From NCBI RefSeq assembly GCF_964213995.1, contig NC_135817.1, forward strand, positions 70,928,001 through 70,992,000: a stretch of DNA of 64,000 nt, read 5' to 3'. This DNA comes from Mustelus asterias (Eukaryota). Of the stretch, positions 24,239-35,952 are shown piece after piece. Position 1 is the stretch's first letter, and each line of letters begins with the position of its first letter. The notes under the pieces were generated by a model, which saw nothing but the letters and a program-made list of their open reading frames with translations, had not been told where the DNA came from and searched no databases. The position numbers were made by a program, and so were the translations under genes.

Positions 24239-24532
24239 CTGAATGGAAGAATGTAAAACTCGATCCCCCAAACATGTTGAGTCCTGCAGACAGCGCAGGA
24301 AATATTACCTGCTCTGCCTCTGGGGCCTATCCAAAACCATCATTACTATGGCAAGATGAGAATGGGAATAACTTAACTAATCAAGCAAGTTCAAAAGACT
24401 CTATTGATGCAGAAGGATTACACAATGTTAAAAGAATTTTGAAGATTGATCGACTATCAAACAAAACCTACAAATGCAATATTAAGAATGAACGATTGCA
24501 GAAGTCATGGACTGCAACCTGGAAAATGCAAG
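24239..24532 (+). CDS. HHLA2: HHLA2 IgC domain exon
   Basis: cttctcAG|CT GAA...CAA G|gtaaca. ITCSASGAYPKPSLLW...YKCNIKNERLQKSWTATWKMQ resembles the remembered human HHLA2 segment YECTIENSLLKQTWTGRWTMK. Confidence 0.9.
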
Positions 24533-24583
24533 GTAACAATTGATGAATAATCCTTAAAGAAACCTCCCAAATATTACAGTTAG

Positions 24584-24865
24584 TTAAAGTTAAAGTTTAT
24601 TTATTAGTTGTAAGACAGCTTACATTAAGACTGCAATGAAGTTACTGTGAAAATCCCCTAGTCGCCACACTCCAACACCAATTCAGGTACACTGAGGGGC
24701 AATTTAGCATGGCCAATGCACCTAACCTTTCGGACTGTGGGAGGAAACAGGAGCACCCGGAGGAAACCCACGCAGACACGGGGAGAACATGCAGACTCCA
24801 CACAGACAGTGACCCAAGCCAGGAATTGAACCTGGGTCCCTGGCGCTGTGAGGCAACCATGCCAT
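24584..24865 (-). mobile_element. HE1-related SINE, alternative tail
   Basis: Core plus tail, reversed. Confidence 0.85.
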
Positions 24866-25114
24866 CCATTAGGGTTTACTAATATGTAAAATATTACAGG
24901 ATTGCTTCAATACTCGAATTCGATATAAATTGATTATTGAACAATACTTGTAGTTGCAGCATTTTCTGTGGCTCATATCTTCCTCTTTGTCAAATTAAGT
25001 GAACTGCTAGGAAGCTCTATGCTCCTGGGATCAAATTTGAAGCACATCGCTTTGTTGTATTTTTGCATTATGTTACCCACAAATGGCTATGTGGGTAAGT
25101 GTATAGAGTGTAAC

Positions 25115-25409
25115 TGATGCGCGTCAATGAGCACATGGAATCAAGGCTTTAGTATTGAAGGCTTTAATACAGTAACAATGAAACTACTAACACGAATACA
25201 CCAGTTCAGACTGAAGGGGTCCTGCCGGAGCAGGGGGTCTTATACCCTGCCACCGGAGGCGGGACCCCACTGGAATGTGCCATGGTAACACTTATAACAG
25301 GTAAACACCCTAACCCAACAACATAGTACAACCCCCACAGTAATAACACCCTAGCCCAACAGTAACATGGTAACAAACCCCAGTGGTGAACCAACGATGG
25401 TTCACCACA
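25115..25409 (-). repeat. 3' LTR
   Basis: Direct repeat of 29540-29834, preceded on - by a polypurine tract at 25423-25410. Confidence 0.96.
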
Positions 25410-25483
25410 TTCACCCCTCCTTTAGGAACAAAAGGTGGCGGGGTGGACGAAAACAGACAATAACAAAAAAAAAATCACAGGAT

Positions 25484-28400
25484 TCACAAATCCAGACGGT
25501 CTGGAGGACCGCACCGACGCTGCGATCTCCTCAACACCGGTTGCGAAACCGGAGCAGGTGCCGATCTCTTCAACACCGGTTGCGAAAAGGGAGCAGGTGC
25601 TTGTAGTGGCTCTCTCCAAGTAACGTGTGGCTGTCCCCTCAAGGACTCCCGGGCCGGCCAGCCCTGGTGAGGCGATGGTGCAGGGGATCCTGGAACGTTT
25701 GGTGGTGGTGGTGGTGGTGATGATGGTGGCGCCGATCTCCGAGTCTCAGGCAAGCTGTACATGGGAGTAAAAGTGTTATGCACTGGTCCCGGTGCTGACC
25801 GCGCCACGTCTGGGGAAGTAATGAGGAGTAGTGGATTTGTGACTGGGGGAATAGGAGCGACAGGGGTTGCTACGTCCCCTGCGGGCGCCAGGTCTCTAAT
25901 GGAGACAGTGTCCTCTCGCCCGTCAGGATATGCCACATAGGCATACTGAGGGTTGGCGTGGAGGAGTTGGACCGGTTCGACCAAGGGGTCGGACTTGCGA
26001 GACCTCACATGGCGCCGCAGAAGGACGGGTCCTGGGTACGTCAACCAGGCTGGCAATGAGGTCCCCGAGGACGACTTCCGAGGGAATGAGAACATCCTCT
26101 CGTGGGGAGTAGCATTGGTTGCCGTACACAGGAGGGAGCGGATAGCATGGAGCGCATTTGGAAGGACCTCCTGCCAACGGGAGACTGGAAGGCCCCTGGA
26201 TTTCAGTGCCAGTAGGACAGCCTTCCAGACTGTAGCATTCTCCCTTTCCACCTGTCCGTTACCCCTAGGGTTGTAGCTCGTGGTTCTACTAGAGGCAATC
26301 CCGAATGAGAGCAGGAATTGCCTCAAGTCGTTGCTCATGAACGACGAGCCCCTGTCGCTATGAATGTAGCAGGGGTACCCGAACAGGGTAAAAAGTTCAC
26401 TGAAAACCTTGATGACGGTGGCAGTTGACGTGTCCGCACAGGGGAAAACAAACGGAAACCGGGAATATTCGTCTATTATATTGAGAAAATAGACATTCCG
26501 GTCCGTTGAGGGAAGGGGGCCCTTAAAATCCACACTCAGCCTCTCAAAAGGGCGAGTGGCCTTGACCAAATGTGCCCGGTCTGGTCGATAAAAGTGTGGT
26601 TTGCATTCTGCGCAAATCCGACAGCTTCTAGTTACTGACCTGACATCCTCCACCGAGTAGGGCAGGTTGCGGGCTTTGATGAAGTGGTAGAGTCTGGTGA
26701 CTCCAGGATGACACAGATCATTGTGGAGAGCCTTCAAGCGGTCCTCCTGCATGATGGTGCATGTTCCGCGCGAGAGGGCATCCGAGGGCTCATTGAGCTT
26801 CCCTGGACGATACATAATATCGTAATTATAGGTGGAGAGCTCAATTCTCCACCGCAAGATCTTATCGTTCTTGATCTTGCCCCTCTGCGTGTTACTGAAC
26901 ATAAACGCCACGGATCGTTGATCCGTGATCAGGGTGAACCGCTTACCTGCCAGGTAATGGCGCCAGTGTCTGACTGCCTCCACAATGGCCTGAGCCTCCT
27001 TTTCCACCGCTGAGTGCCGAATCTCTGGGCCTTGAAGGGTGCGGGAAAAAAAACGCGACGGGCCTGCCTGCCTGGTTTAGTGTGGCGGCTAGGGCGAAGT
27101 CAGATGCATCACTCTCCACCTGGAAAGGGATGGATTCATCCACCGCGTGCATCGTGGCTTTCGAGATGTCGCTTTTCAAAACCTTGAAGGCCAATTGGGC
27201 CTCCGGCGTAAGTGGGAAGGTCGTGGACTTAATGAGCGGACGAGCTTTGTCCGCGTAGTTGGGGACCCACTGTGCATAATACGAAAAGAACCCGAGGCAT
27301 CTCCTCAGTGCTTTCGTGCTAGCGGGCAAGGGAAGTTCAGTGAGTGGGCGCATACGGTCTGGATCAGGGCCAATGACCCCGTTTTCCACCACGTATCCGA
27401 GGATGGCTAACTTACGCGTACGGAATACGCACTTCTCCCTGTTATAGGTCAGATTCAGGCGAGATGCAGTGCGCAGAAAGTGTTGGAGATTCGTGTCGTG
27501 GTCCTGCTGGTCATGGCCGCAGATGGTGACGTTATCCAGGTACGGGAAGGTAGCCCGCAACCCATTCTGGTCCACCATTCGGTCCATAGCACGCTGGAAG
27601 ACCGAGACCCCATTGGTGACACCAAATGGAACCCTGAGGAATTGGTATAGACGACCATCCGCCTCAAAGGCCGTATATTGTCGGTCCTCTGGGCGGATGG
27701 GGAGTTGATGGTAGGCGGACTTAAGGTCTATGGTAGAAAACACTCGGTACTGCGCAATCTGATTGACCATATCAGAAATGCGCGGGAGAGGATACGCATC
27801 CAGCTGCGTGTATCTATTAATGGTCTGACTATAGTCGATGACCATCCGAGGTTTGTTCCCGCTTTTGACTACCACGACCTGCGCTCTCCACGGACTAGCA
27901 CTGGCCTGTATGATCCCTTCCTTGAGGAGCCGCTGAACCTCAGATCTAATAAAGATCCGGTCCTCAGCGCTGTAACGCCTACTTTTAGTAGCGATGGGCT
28001 TGCAGCCAGGTACCAGATTTTTAAAAAGGGATGGTGTCGTGATCTTCAGGATGGATAGATTGCACGCGGGGCGCTTTGGGCAATTTGGAGGCTGCGGCTG
28101 GTTCCCTACTGCCAGTGAAGGGAGTGGCCCACCGTACTGTAGGATCACACTCTTCATGTGGACCATAAAGTTTAGTCCGAGGAGAATTGGCGCGCAAAGG
28201 TGAGGTAGCACAAGGAGCCTGTATTGCTCGTAAACTGTGCCCTGTACCTCAAGAGTTACCATACATCGTCCTTGGATCGGTACAGACCGGGACTGTGATG
28301 CCATGGAAATTGTCTGTTTGGCAGGGAGAACCCGGAGTCCACACCTTTTAGCAGTTTCAGGGTGTATGAAACTTTCGGTGCTCCCACTGTCAAACAGACA

Positions 28401-29516
28401 ATTCACAGTTCTGCCACTAACCTTTACCTCCATCATAGAATGTTCCAGTCTGTAATGCCTGGTCTGATCCAGAGAGATCGACGCCACCGTTGGCCCCTGG
28501 GCGTCACTGCATGCTGCCGATGTGGATGCTGAGGACCCCTGCTGGTCGCTCCTAGTCGTCGTGGACCATGATGGCCGCCCCCATGAATCGCACGTGGGCG
28601 AGGGCGCCAAGCGCAGCGACTCCTGGTGGTCTTCCTCCTCCTCTGTTTGCCACGATGGCGCCGTCCTGAGATCGCACGTGGTCGGACCTCGTGGGTACTG
28701 CGACGCCGAAAGAGATGGTCTCCGTTCTGGAGGGTTACAAGCTGCACTGCCGTTTTTAGGTTTGGACCTGCAGACTTTGCCGTAGTGGCCTTTTTTACCG
28801 CACTGGCTGCAGATTGCCGTTCTTGCCGGACACTGTTGCCGTGGATGCTTGGCCCCACCGCAAAAATAGCATCGCTGGCCACCTGGAGCTGCCGCCGTCG
28901 TCGAATCGATCTGAGAGCGCGGGTTCGCGGGGCGAGGAGGGAGCAGAGCTTGCTCCAACCACGTTGACTGCACGTGGTCCTCGGGGTACAGCGCCAAGCT
29001 CTTCGACGCCGCCTCCAACCTCACGGCCATCCCCATTGCCTGGGTCAAGTTGAGTTTCCCCTTTTCTAGTAATTTAAGCCTGATGTACGAGGACCCTACC
29101 CCTGCTACGAACGCGTCTCGGGCGAGGTCGTACATATACTGCTCGGCGGAGACGTCCTTACAGTCGCAACCCCTGGCAAGCTGCAGGAGCTCATTGGCAT
29201 AATCCTCTATGGTTTCGCCCGACTGCCGACGTCGTGTAGCGAGGAGGTAACGAGCATGTATCTCGTTGGGTGGCGTAATGTACCTATTCTTTAGGAGCTC
29301 GACGGCACCCTGGTAAGTGGGAGCTGCACGAATGGCTAGGTAAATCGTGTCGCTTACCCTCGCGTGGAGGACCTGGAGTCTATCACTGTCCGTAGTGATA
29401 GCTACCGAGGCTGCCAGGTAGTCCTCAAAGCACTTCCACCAATGGTCGAATGTGTTAGCTGCACCGACCGCACGCGGGTCCAGTGTCAGACGATCCGGTT
29501 TTAGGATCTGTTCCAT
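25484..29516 (-). CDS. Gag-Pol polyprotein, split by one +1 frameshift in the T8 run at 27046-27053
   Basis: Two Zn knuckles (CYFCGGAKHPRQQC, CSQCGKKGHYGKVC), protease LFDSGS, RT (DLKSAYHQ, PFG, YLDN), RNase H (SDASD, EKEA, ITDQ), integrase HHCC plus DDE (VDF, HSDRG, GQVER). Removing one T restores VAFFSRTLQGPEIRHSAVEKE. Confidence 0.93.
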
Positions 29517-29539
29517 ACTCTCTGTTTACTGTATTAAAT

Positions 29540-29834
29540 TGATGCGCGTCAATGAGCACATGGAATCAAGGCTTTAGTATTGAAGGCTTTAATACAGTAA
29601 CAATGAAACTACTAACACGAATACACCAGTTCAGACTGAAGGGGTCCTGCCGGAGCAGGGGGTCTTATACCTCGCCACCGGAGGCGGGACCCCACTGGAA
29701 TGTGCCATGGTAACACTTATAACAGGTAAACACCCTAACCCAACAACATAGTACAACCCCCACAGTAATAACACCCTAGCCCAACAGTAACATGGTAACA
29801 AACCCCAGTGGTGAACCAACGATGGTTCACCACA
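29540..29834 (-). repeat. 5' LTR
   Basis: Identical to 25115-25409 except a CT/TC dinucleotide. TATAAG 29669-29664, Inr-like TCAGT 29639-29635, ATTAAA 29593-29588. Confidence 0.96.
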
Positions 29835-30076
29835 GTAACCAAGTCAATTCCACCGCCGCCTCCCCACCCCGCAAGTCAAGACACAAATCATTTTTGTTCA
29901 AGTCAAGTCACTAGTTTTCCAATTCCTGTAATGCTTTCTTCACCACCCAGATAGGGAAATAAATGACACGTCCTTCCTAAGATTCACTTCCTGCAGCAAT
30001 AATGTCACAATGAATGCAGGGGGCCCTCATTGTTCCTACAGTGCTATCAAGTATCTTGCTGAATTTTTAAAGGAAC

Positions 30077-30380
30077 CATAGAATCTCTACAGTGCACAAG
30101 GAGACCATTCGGCCCATCGGATTTGCGCCAACTCTCCAAAAGAGCATCTTAACTAGGCCCATCTCCCCCACCTCACCCCTTCCCCATCCTTGTAACCTCA
30201 CACATATACCAAGGCTCATCCGCCTAACCAGCACGTCTTTGGACTGTGGGAGGAAACTGGAGCATCTGGAGGAAACTCACGCAGACACAGGGAGAACCTG
30301 CAAACTCCACACAGACAGTGACCCAAGGCCGGAATTGAAGGCAGGTGAGGCAGCAGTGTTAACCACTGTGTCACCATGCC
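30077..30380 (-). mobile_element. HE1 SINE
   Basis: Core plus CR1-type tail, reversed. Confidence 0.8.
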
Positions 30381-30863
30381 GACCTGCCGAACCTTCACCC
30401 ACATAGAGAATGGATCCTTTTCTCCTTGTTTCCTGTACATTTTACAACATTATAACTCCTGCTGCTGACTTCAAAGGCACAAGGAACAGTTTTGCTTGCG
30501 CACTCAGCCAACAAACCATTGGAAGACATCTGCATTTAGCATCCAGCTGGAGAACTAGTTATTGCTGCTGGCATTGATGCTACTTTCTTATTACTATCTT
30601 CATCTCTTACCGTGACGGTTTGCTATCCTGATCTTCAATTTCAGGCATACCTTTAGGGTGCAATATGCAATAGCTGCAAGACCAACTTCTGTATCACTGT
30701 AACTACACCTATGCCATGTGCAGGAAGTGCTCCCCCTAGTGTTACAGCACAAATAAATACAACCATTTTACAATGGGCTCTCTAAAGTTAAAGTTAAAGT
30801 TTATTTATTATTGTCACAAGTAGGCTTATATTCACAATGCAATGAAGTTACTGTGAAAATCCC

Positions 30864-31308
30864 TGTAATGACTCCACAGAGGTGAAAGTCCCATCACCAA
30901 ATTACTTTATTTACACCATACATCTGTACACAGCCAGCTCTCCAGTCACTCCCTGCTGACTGCAGGCTGGGAGTCTGACACACCTGCTTTAAATAGGGAG
31001 CATGAGGCTCCCTGATTTAACCATCAATTAGGACTATTCAGGTATCTCTTTTGTACACCAAACAAATAAGCTAACTCAAATGAACTGAGGGACAAATTAA
31101 AAGGGGCAGCTCCCCAAAAGGAGGGGGAACAGCCCGAACAAAAAACAAAGTACAAAGGAAACTTAAAACATTAAATCATAATGTGGTTTTCGGGGTTTAC
31201 AATACACCCCCGAGCCATTGCGGTGCCCAGCGGGCGCGGAAGGCAAGACTCATCAGGTACTTCATACTCTAGCAAGCTAACCTTATTAGCCTGGCTGAAG
31301 TCATCACA
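30864..31308 (-). mobile_element. Solo LTR inside an HE1 SINE, itself interrupted by a LINE 3' fragment
   Basis: Ends TGTAATGACT...AGTCATCACA; 5-bp TSD ATCCC (30859-30863, 31309-31313); AATAAA on -. Confidence 0.75.
31045..31252 (-). mobile_element. 3' end of an L1/Tx1-like non-LTR element
   Basis: FRARWAPQWL-like C-terminus and T-rich 3'UTR on -; flanking repeat TCAGGTA (31038-31044, 31253-31259). Confidence 0.5.
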
Positions 31309-31623
31309 ATCCCCTAGTCACCACACTCTGGCGCCTGTTCAGATACACTGAGGGAGAATTTATCATGGCCAATCCACCTAACCTGCACATCTTTGGACTG
31401 TGGGAGGAAACCGGAGCACCCGGAGGAAACCCAGGCAGACACGGGGAGAACATGCAAACTCCACACAGGACAGTGACCCAAGCCGGGAATCGAATCCGGG
31501 CCCCTGGTGCTGTGAGGCAGCATTGCTAACCACTGTGCCACCCATTGCCACTTGAGTACACAAAATGGGAAAAGTAAAATAATGTTTTATGTTACACGTT
31601 AAATATTTTGGGTTTTTTTTCAG

Positions 31624-31932
31624 ACTGGTTGAATGAAACGGAGGATAAATACATTGCCATGATCTGCGGCAAGTTCGCCTACAATGGTCAGGAGTTGAAA
31701 ATTAGATGGAAGTTTAGGGAAACAGAAAGCTCTCAATTGGTGATGATATGTGAATCAATCTACCAAAATGGAGATATAAACTCAAGTTGTAAGAAGAACC
31801 AATCAGTCGTGTTGAGCAACCGGACACATTCATCCCTTATACTGCGAAATATAACTTTGGAAGATGCAGGGGAATATATCTGTGAAATCACAACCAGTGA
31901 TATGACGCAAATGTACACCTACACTCTAACAG
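31624..31932 (+). CDS. HHLA2: HHLA2 second IgV domain exon
   Basis: ttttttttcAG|AC TGG...ACA G|gtaagc. MICG...IRW...SLILRNITLEDAGEYICEITTSD. The V-C-V architecture is characteristic of HHLA2 among B7 proteins. Confidence 0.88.
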
Positions 31933-32085
31933 GTAAGCTGTCAATAATTTTTGGCTACAGGTTAAAATTTGATTAACTTGTTCTTTAACCTTGGATATAA
32001 ATAAGGCATTAGTGTTTTGTAAAATGAGTGTTCAATGTAAAATAAATGTACTTTCTTAAATCCTCATAACTCTAGACTAGAGTGT

Positions 32086-32765
32086 CATAGAATCATAGAA
32101 ACCCTACAGTGCAGAAGGAGGCCATTCGGCCCATCGAGTCTGCACCGACCACAATCCCACCCAGGCCCTACCCCCACATATTTTACCTGCTAATCCCCCT
32201 AACCTACGCATTTTAGGATTCTAAGGGGCAATTTTTAACCTGGCCAATCAACCTAACCCACACATCTTTGGACTGTGGGAGGAAACCGGAGCACCCGGAG
32301 GAAACCCACGCAGACACGAGGAGAATGTGCAAACTCCACACAGACAGTGACCCGAGCCGGGAATCGAACCCGGGACCCTGGAGCTGTGAAGCTGCAGTGC
32401 TAACCACTGTGCTACCGTGCCGCCCCGAGTGTGGGCAGTTTTGAGTGAGGCCATCCAGAAACTGTTAAAGTTTATTAATTAGTGCCACAAGTAGGCTTAC
32501 ATTAATGCTGCAATGAAGTTACTGTGAAAATCCCCTAGTCGCCACAATCCGGTGCCTGTTCAGGTACACTGAGGGAGCATTTAGCATGGCCAATTCACCT
32601 AACCAGCACGTCTTTCAGGCTGCAGGATGAAACCGGAGCACCCGGAGGAAACCCACGCAGAAACGGGGAGAAAGTGCAGACTCCACACAGACAGTGACCC
32701 AAGCCAGGAATTGAACCCGGGTCCCTGGAACTGTGAGGCAGCAGTGCTAACCGCTGTACCACTGT
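32086..32765 (-). mobile_element. Two adjacent SINEs: HE1 (32086-32425) and alternative-tail form (32465-32765)
   Basis: Same head and core, different 3' tails. Confidence 0.9.
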
Positions 32766-33576
32766 GGTAAACTATCTAAATTTGTTTTGGCTATGAGCAT
32801 TGCAACAGACGGATTGAGGAAAGACCTTCATTCTAGCAGTCAACTACATTAGAACCCAGCTCCTTGAAAGAATGGACAGTGTGAAAGGGTAGTATGGAAG
32901 GCCTGAGTAAGAGCCTTTCAGGTCATTTGCCACCACTGCACCTAGTGTTGTTGAGTGCCCTGAAGAGGAGGACATATGTGAGAAAATCAATTGCATAATT
33001 TCTTGGATTAGTTCAAAAAAAAATATTAGACTGAGCTGACCTATATTGTGCTTTTACCAATTATAGGATACCATAGCTGAAATTTGTTCTGATATTGTTT
33101 CAGTTTTCATGAATTCATTGGTATTTCCTTCCATTGTATGTGATATTTACCTACTTCAACATTAGTTTGGAATTATATAGCAACCAACATAACAGAACCT
33201 CTGTCGATAGAGATGTCTCGGATTCCCCATTCCCTGTCTAAATCTGTTTCCAATGTCACATTCCAAGTAAGTTAGCAAAGAGTACTGGAGGGACTCGAGC
33301 TACTTCACTCTCCTTTCTGCAAGTGAAAGTACCAGAACCAAACTAAGTAGATCACACAACAGATTCACAGGAAGGAGAACAATGAAGTAACATTTATCAG
33401 TGGAAAGGGAGACTGTGGCCAGGCTTGGAGAGGGAGGAGAGATTGGAGACTCCCGCAATTTCTTCCCATGTTCTGTTGGTGGACAGTATTTTGGCAGATT
33501 CTGTGACTGGTGGTCTTTTCACAATTTGATTGCACTCAACTTGAGATCTGAATACCAAACCAGACCAGGAGATTCT

Positions 33577-33915
33577 GGCACGGTAGCACAGTGGTTAGCA
33601 CTGCTGCTTCACAGCTCCAGGGACCTGGGTTCGATTCCCGGCTTGGGTCACTGTCTGTGTGGAGTTTGCACATTCTCCTTGTGTCTGCGTGGGTTTCCTC
33701 CAGGTGCTCCGGTTTCCTCCCACAGTCCAAAGATGTGCGGGTTAGGTTGATTGGCCATGCTAAAATTGTCCTTAGTGTCCTGAGATGCGTAGGTTAGAGG
33801 GATTAGTGGATAAATATGTAGGGATATGGGGGTAGGGCCTGGGTGAGATTGTGGTCGGTGCAGACTCGATGGGCCGAATGGCCTCTTTCTGTACTGTAGG
33901 GATTCTATGGTTCTA
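33577..33915 (+). mobile_element. HE1 SINE
   Basis: Near-identical to 233-520. Confidence 0.92.
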
Positions 33916-34417
33916 GGTTTTCACAATATCGACTGCCAGATTATGCTATTAGGTAAAATGGAAATTAGTAGGTAAGGAAGTGAAAACAAAAAAAAACACT
34001 CTGGAAAACAGGAAATCCATATTGCTTTAGTCTAGTAAGGGCAATTTTATTCAGTTTTTGATGATACATCCAAACAAAATACAAACAGGTTTGCAGGATA
34101 GGTGGAGTGATATCTTCTTATGAGCGTCTTCAATTTAATTTGTTTCTAACTTTGTAAAGCACAATACCTGCCAACAAGACATCTCATTTTTATCACCTCC
34201 ATTATGCACATTGCTTTAAGCCTTTGAAGAGCAAACGACAATGAAGCCAATTTTCAGAAGCTCTATTGAGTTTGCAGGTCCATTAGCAACAATTAGCAAG
34301 CATGTACCCTCCACAAACTGCTTCTAGTAATCTCTCCTGTGGCCATTATAGCCTTTAACAAAGAAAAACATATTGCAAGGCACAATCTAAGCAAAAACAA
34401 ATGCGAGGTTAAAAATG

Positions 34418-34722
34418 AAGTTAAAGTTTATTTATTAGTCACAAGTAGGCTTACATTAACACTGCAGTGAAGTTACTGTGAAAATCCCCTCATCGCCACA
34501 CTCGGGCGCCTGTTCAAGTACACTGAGGGAGAATTTAGCATGGCCAATGCACCTAACCTGCACATCTTTGGACTGTGGGAGGAAACTGGAGCACCCGGAG
34601 GAGATCCACACAGACACGGGGAGAATGTGCAAACTCCAAATAGACAGTGACCCAAGCCAGGAATTGAACCCGGGTCCCTGGCACTGTGAGGCAGCAGTGC
34701 TACTGTGCCACCGTGCCACCCC
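34418..34722 (-). mobile_element. HE1-related SINE, alternative tail
   Basis: Core plus tail, reversed. Confidence 0.88.
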
Positions 34723-35374
34723 ACAAGGCAAGTGACACATGGCTTGACCAAAAGGATAGATTTTAAGGAAGGCCTTAAAGAACACGTGGGAGATCACTAA
34801 GCAGAAGGGTCCAGGAAGGCAATTCCAGAATCTGGGGGCTGATGAAATGATGTGGAATGAAGGCATGCATGAGAGCTCAGTGTGAAAGGAAGGAGAGAAT
34901 TTCAAAGGGTTATTGTAGGGTTGGAAGATTTTACCGAGATAGGTGGTGCAAGGCCATGGAGAGATTTCAAGGTGAGAATTTTAAATTGAAGGGTCTGTCT
35001 GGGAAACATATAACTCAGTAAGGACAGACTGCTAGCTGAGTTTACCTTGGTATGTAATAGGACAGGGGTTGCCAAACCTTTTGAGCCGCAGAAACCCTAG
35101 TGACCTCCCAAGAGCTTCGGGCAACCCCAAGCATTCTCATCATGTCAAATTTGGATAATCTTTTAGACAACTGCTATATTATGCCACCTTCGTGATTTCC
35201 AAACAGTTTCAAACATGGACTACCTGTTCATTTAATTGCGAAGTGAGAATAAGGCCTGAAACAAAAAGTTGGGAGCTAGAGGTATTTCCATCATCCTCCC
35301 CTTCTTCCAGCTAATAAATAATATTTTGGATACAAGTTGCCTGATCCCTTTTTGTGAGCAGTCACTTCCACTGA

Positions 35375-35637
35375 GCATTCGGCCCATTGAGCCTGCGCCA
35401 ACAACAATCCCCCTCAGGTCCTATCCCCATAACCCCACACATTTACCCTGCTAATCCCGCTCACACTAAGGGGCAAATTAACATGGCCAATCCACCTAAC
35501 CCGCTCATCATTGGAGTGAGAGAGGAAACCCGAGCACCCGGAGGAAATGTGCAAACTCCATACAGTCACCCAAGGCCAGAATTGAACCCGGGTCCCTGGC
35601 ACTAATGAGGCAGCAGTGCTAACCACTGTGCCAACCA
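35375..35637 (-). mobile_element. HE1 SINE, degraded
   Basis: Core with deletions. Confidence 0.8.
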
Positions 35638-35952
35638 CTTGTTACTTTGGAGCTAATGATGTTTACATTAGATTAGAAATCTTATCTGTCAGGAGCATTG
35701 TTATTTGTGTTCTTTGATTCTAGGCATTCAGAATGTCTATGATTTGATTGGAATTTACAGGGTTTATGTCCAACTATTAATTTGATTTGGTATGATGCTG
35801 TTTTACTCTCATTTAGCTTTGTATGTTTGTGCACTGAATAATTTATTTCATTGCAAAACTGATTTTATTTAGTCTTAAAGGTTGTGTCATGCCAGGATTG
35901 TCCATGTTTAGGATTGCTGGTATTTATTAACTGTTCTGTGCTCTGCAGATAG

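Larger units (their letters stand above)
25115..29834 (-). mobile_element. Full-length Ty3/Gypsy (Mag-like) LTR retrotransposon, antisense in the HHLA2 IgC-IgV2 intron
   Basis: Two 295-bp TG..CA LTRs and a 5-bp TSD GTAAC (25110-25114, 29835-29839). Gag-PR-RT-RH-IN order; PPT AAAGGAGGGGTGAA before the 3' LTR. Confidence 0.97.
30784..31545 (-). mobile_element. HE1-related SINE split by a solo LTR
   Basis: Tail 30784-30863 and body 31309-31545 are contiguous once the LTR is removed. Confidence 0.85.

Noticed and set aside
27046-27053. Programmed ribosomal frameshift in pol
   Set aside because: It falls inside RNase H rather than at a gag-pol junction; a homopolymer indel or assembly error is simpler.
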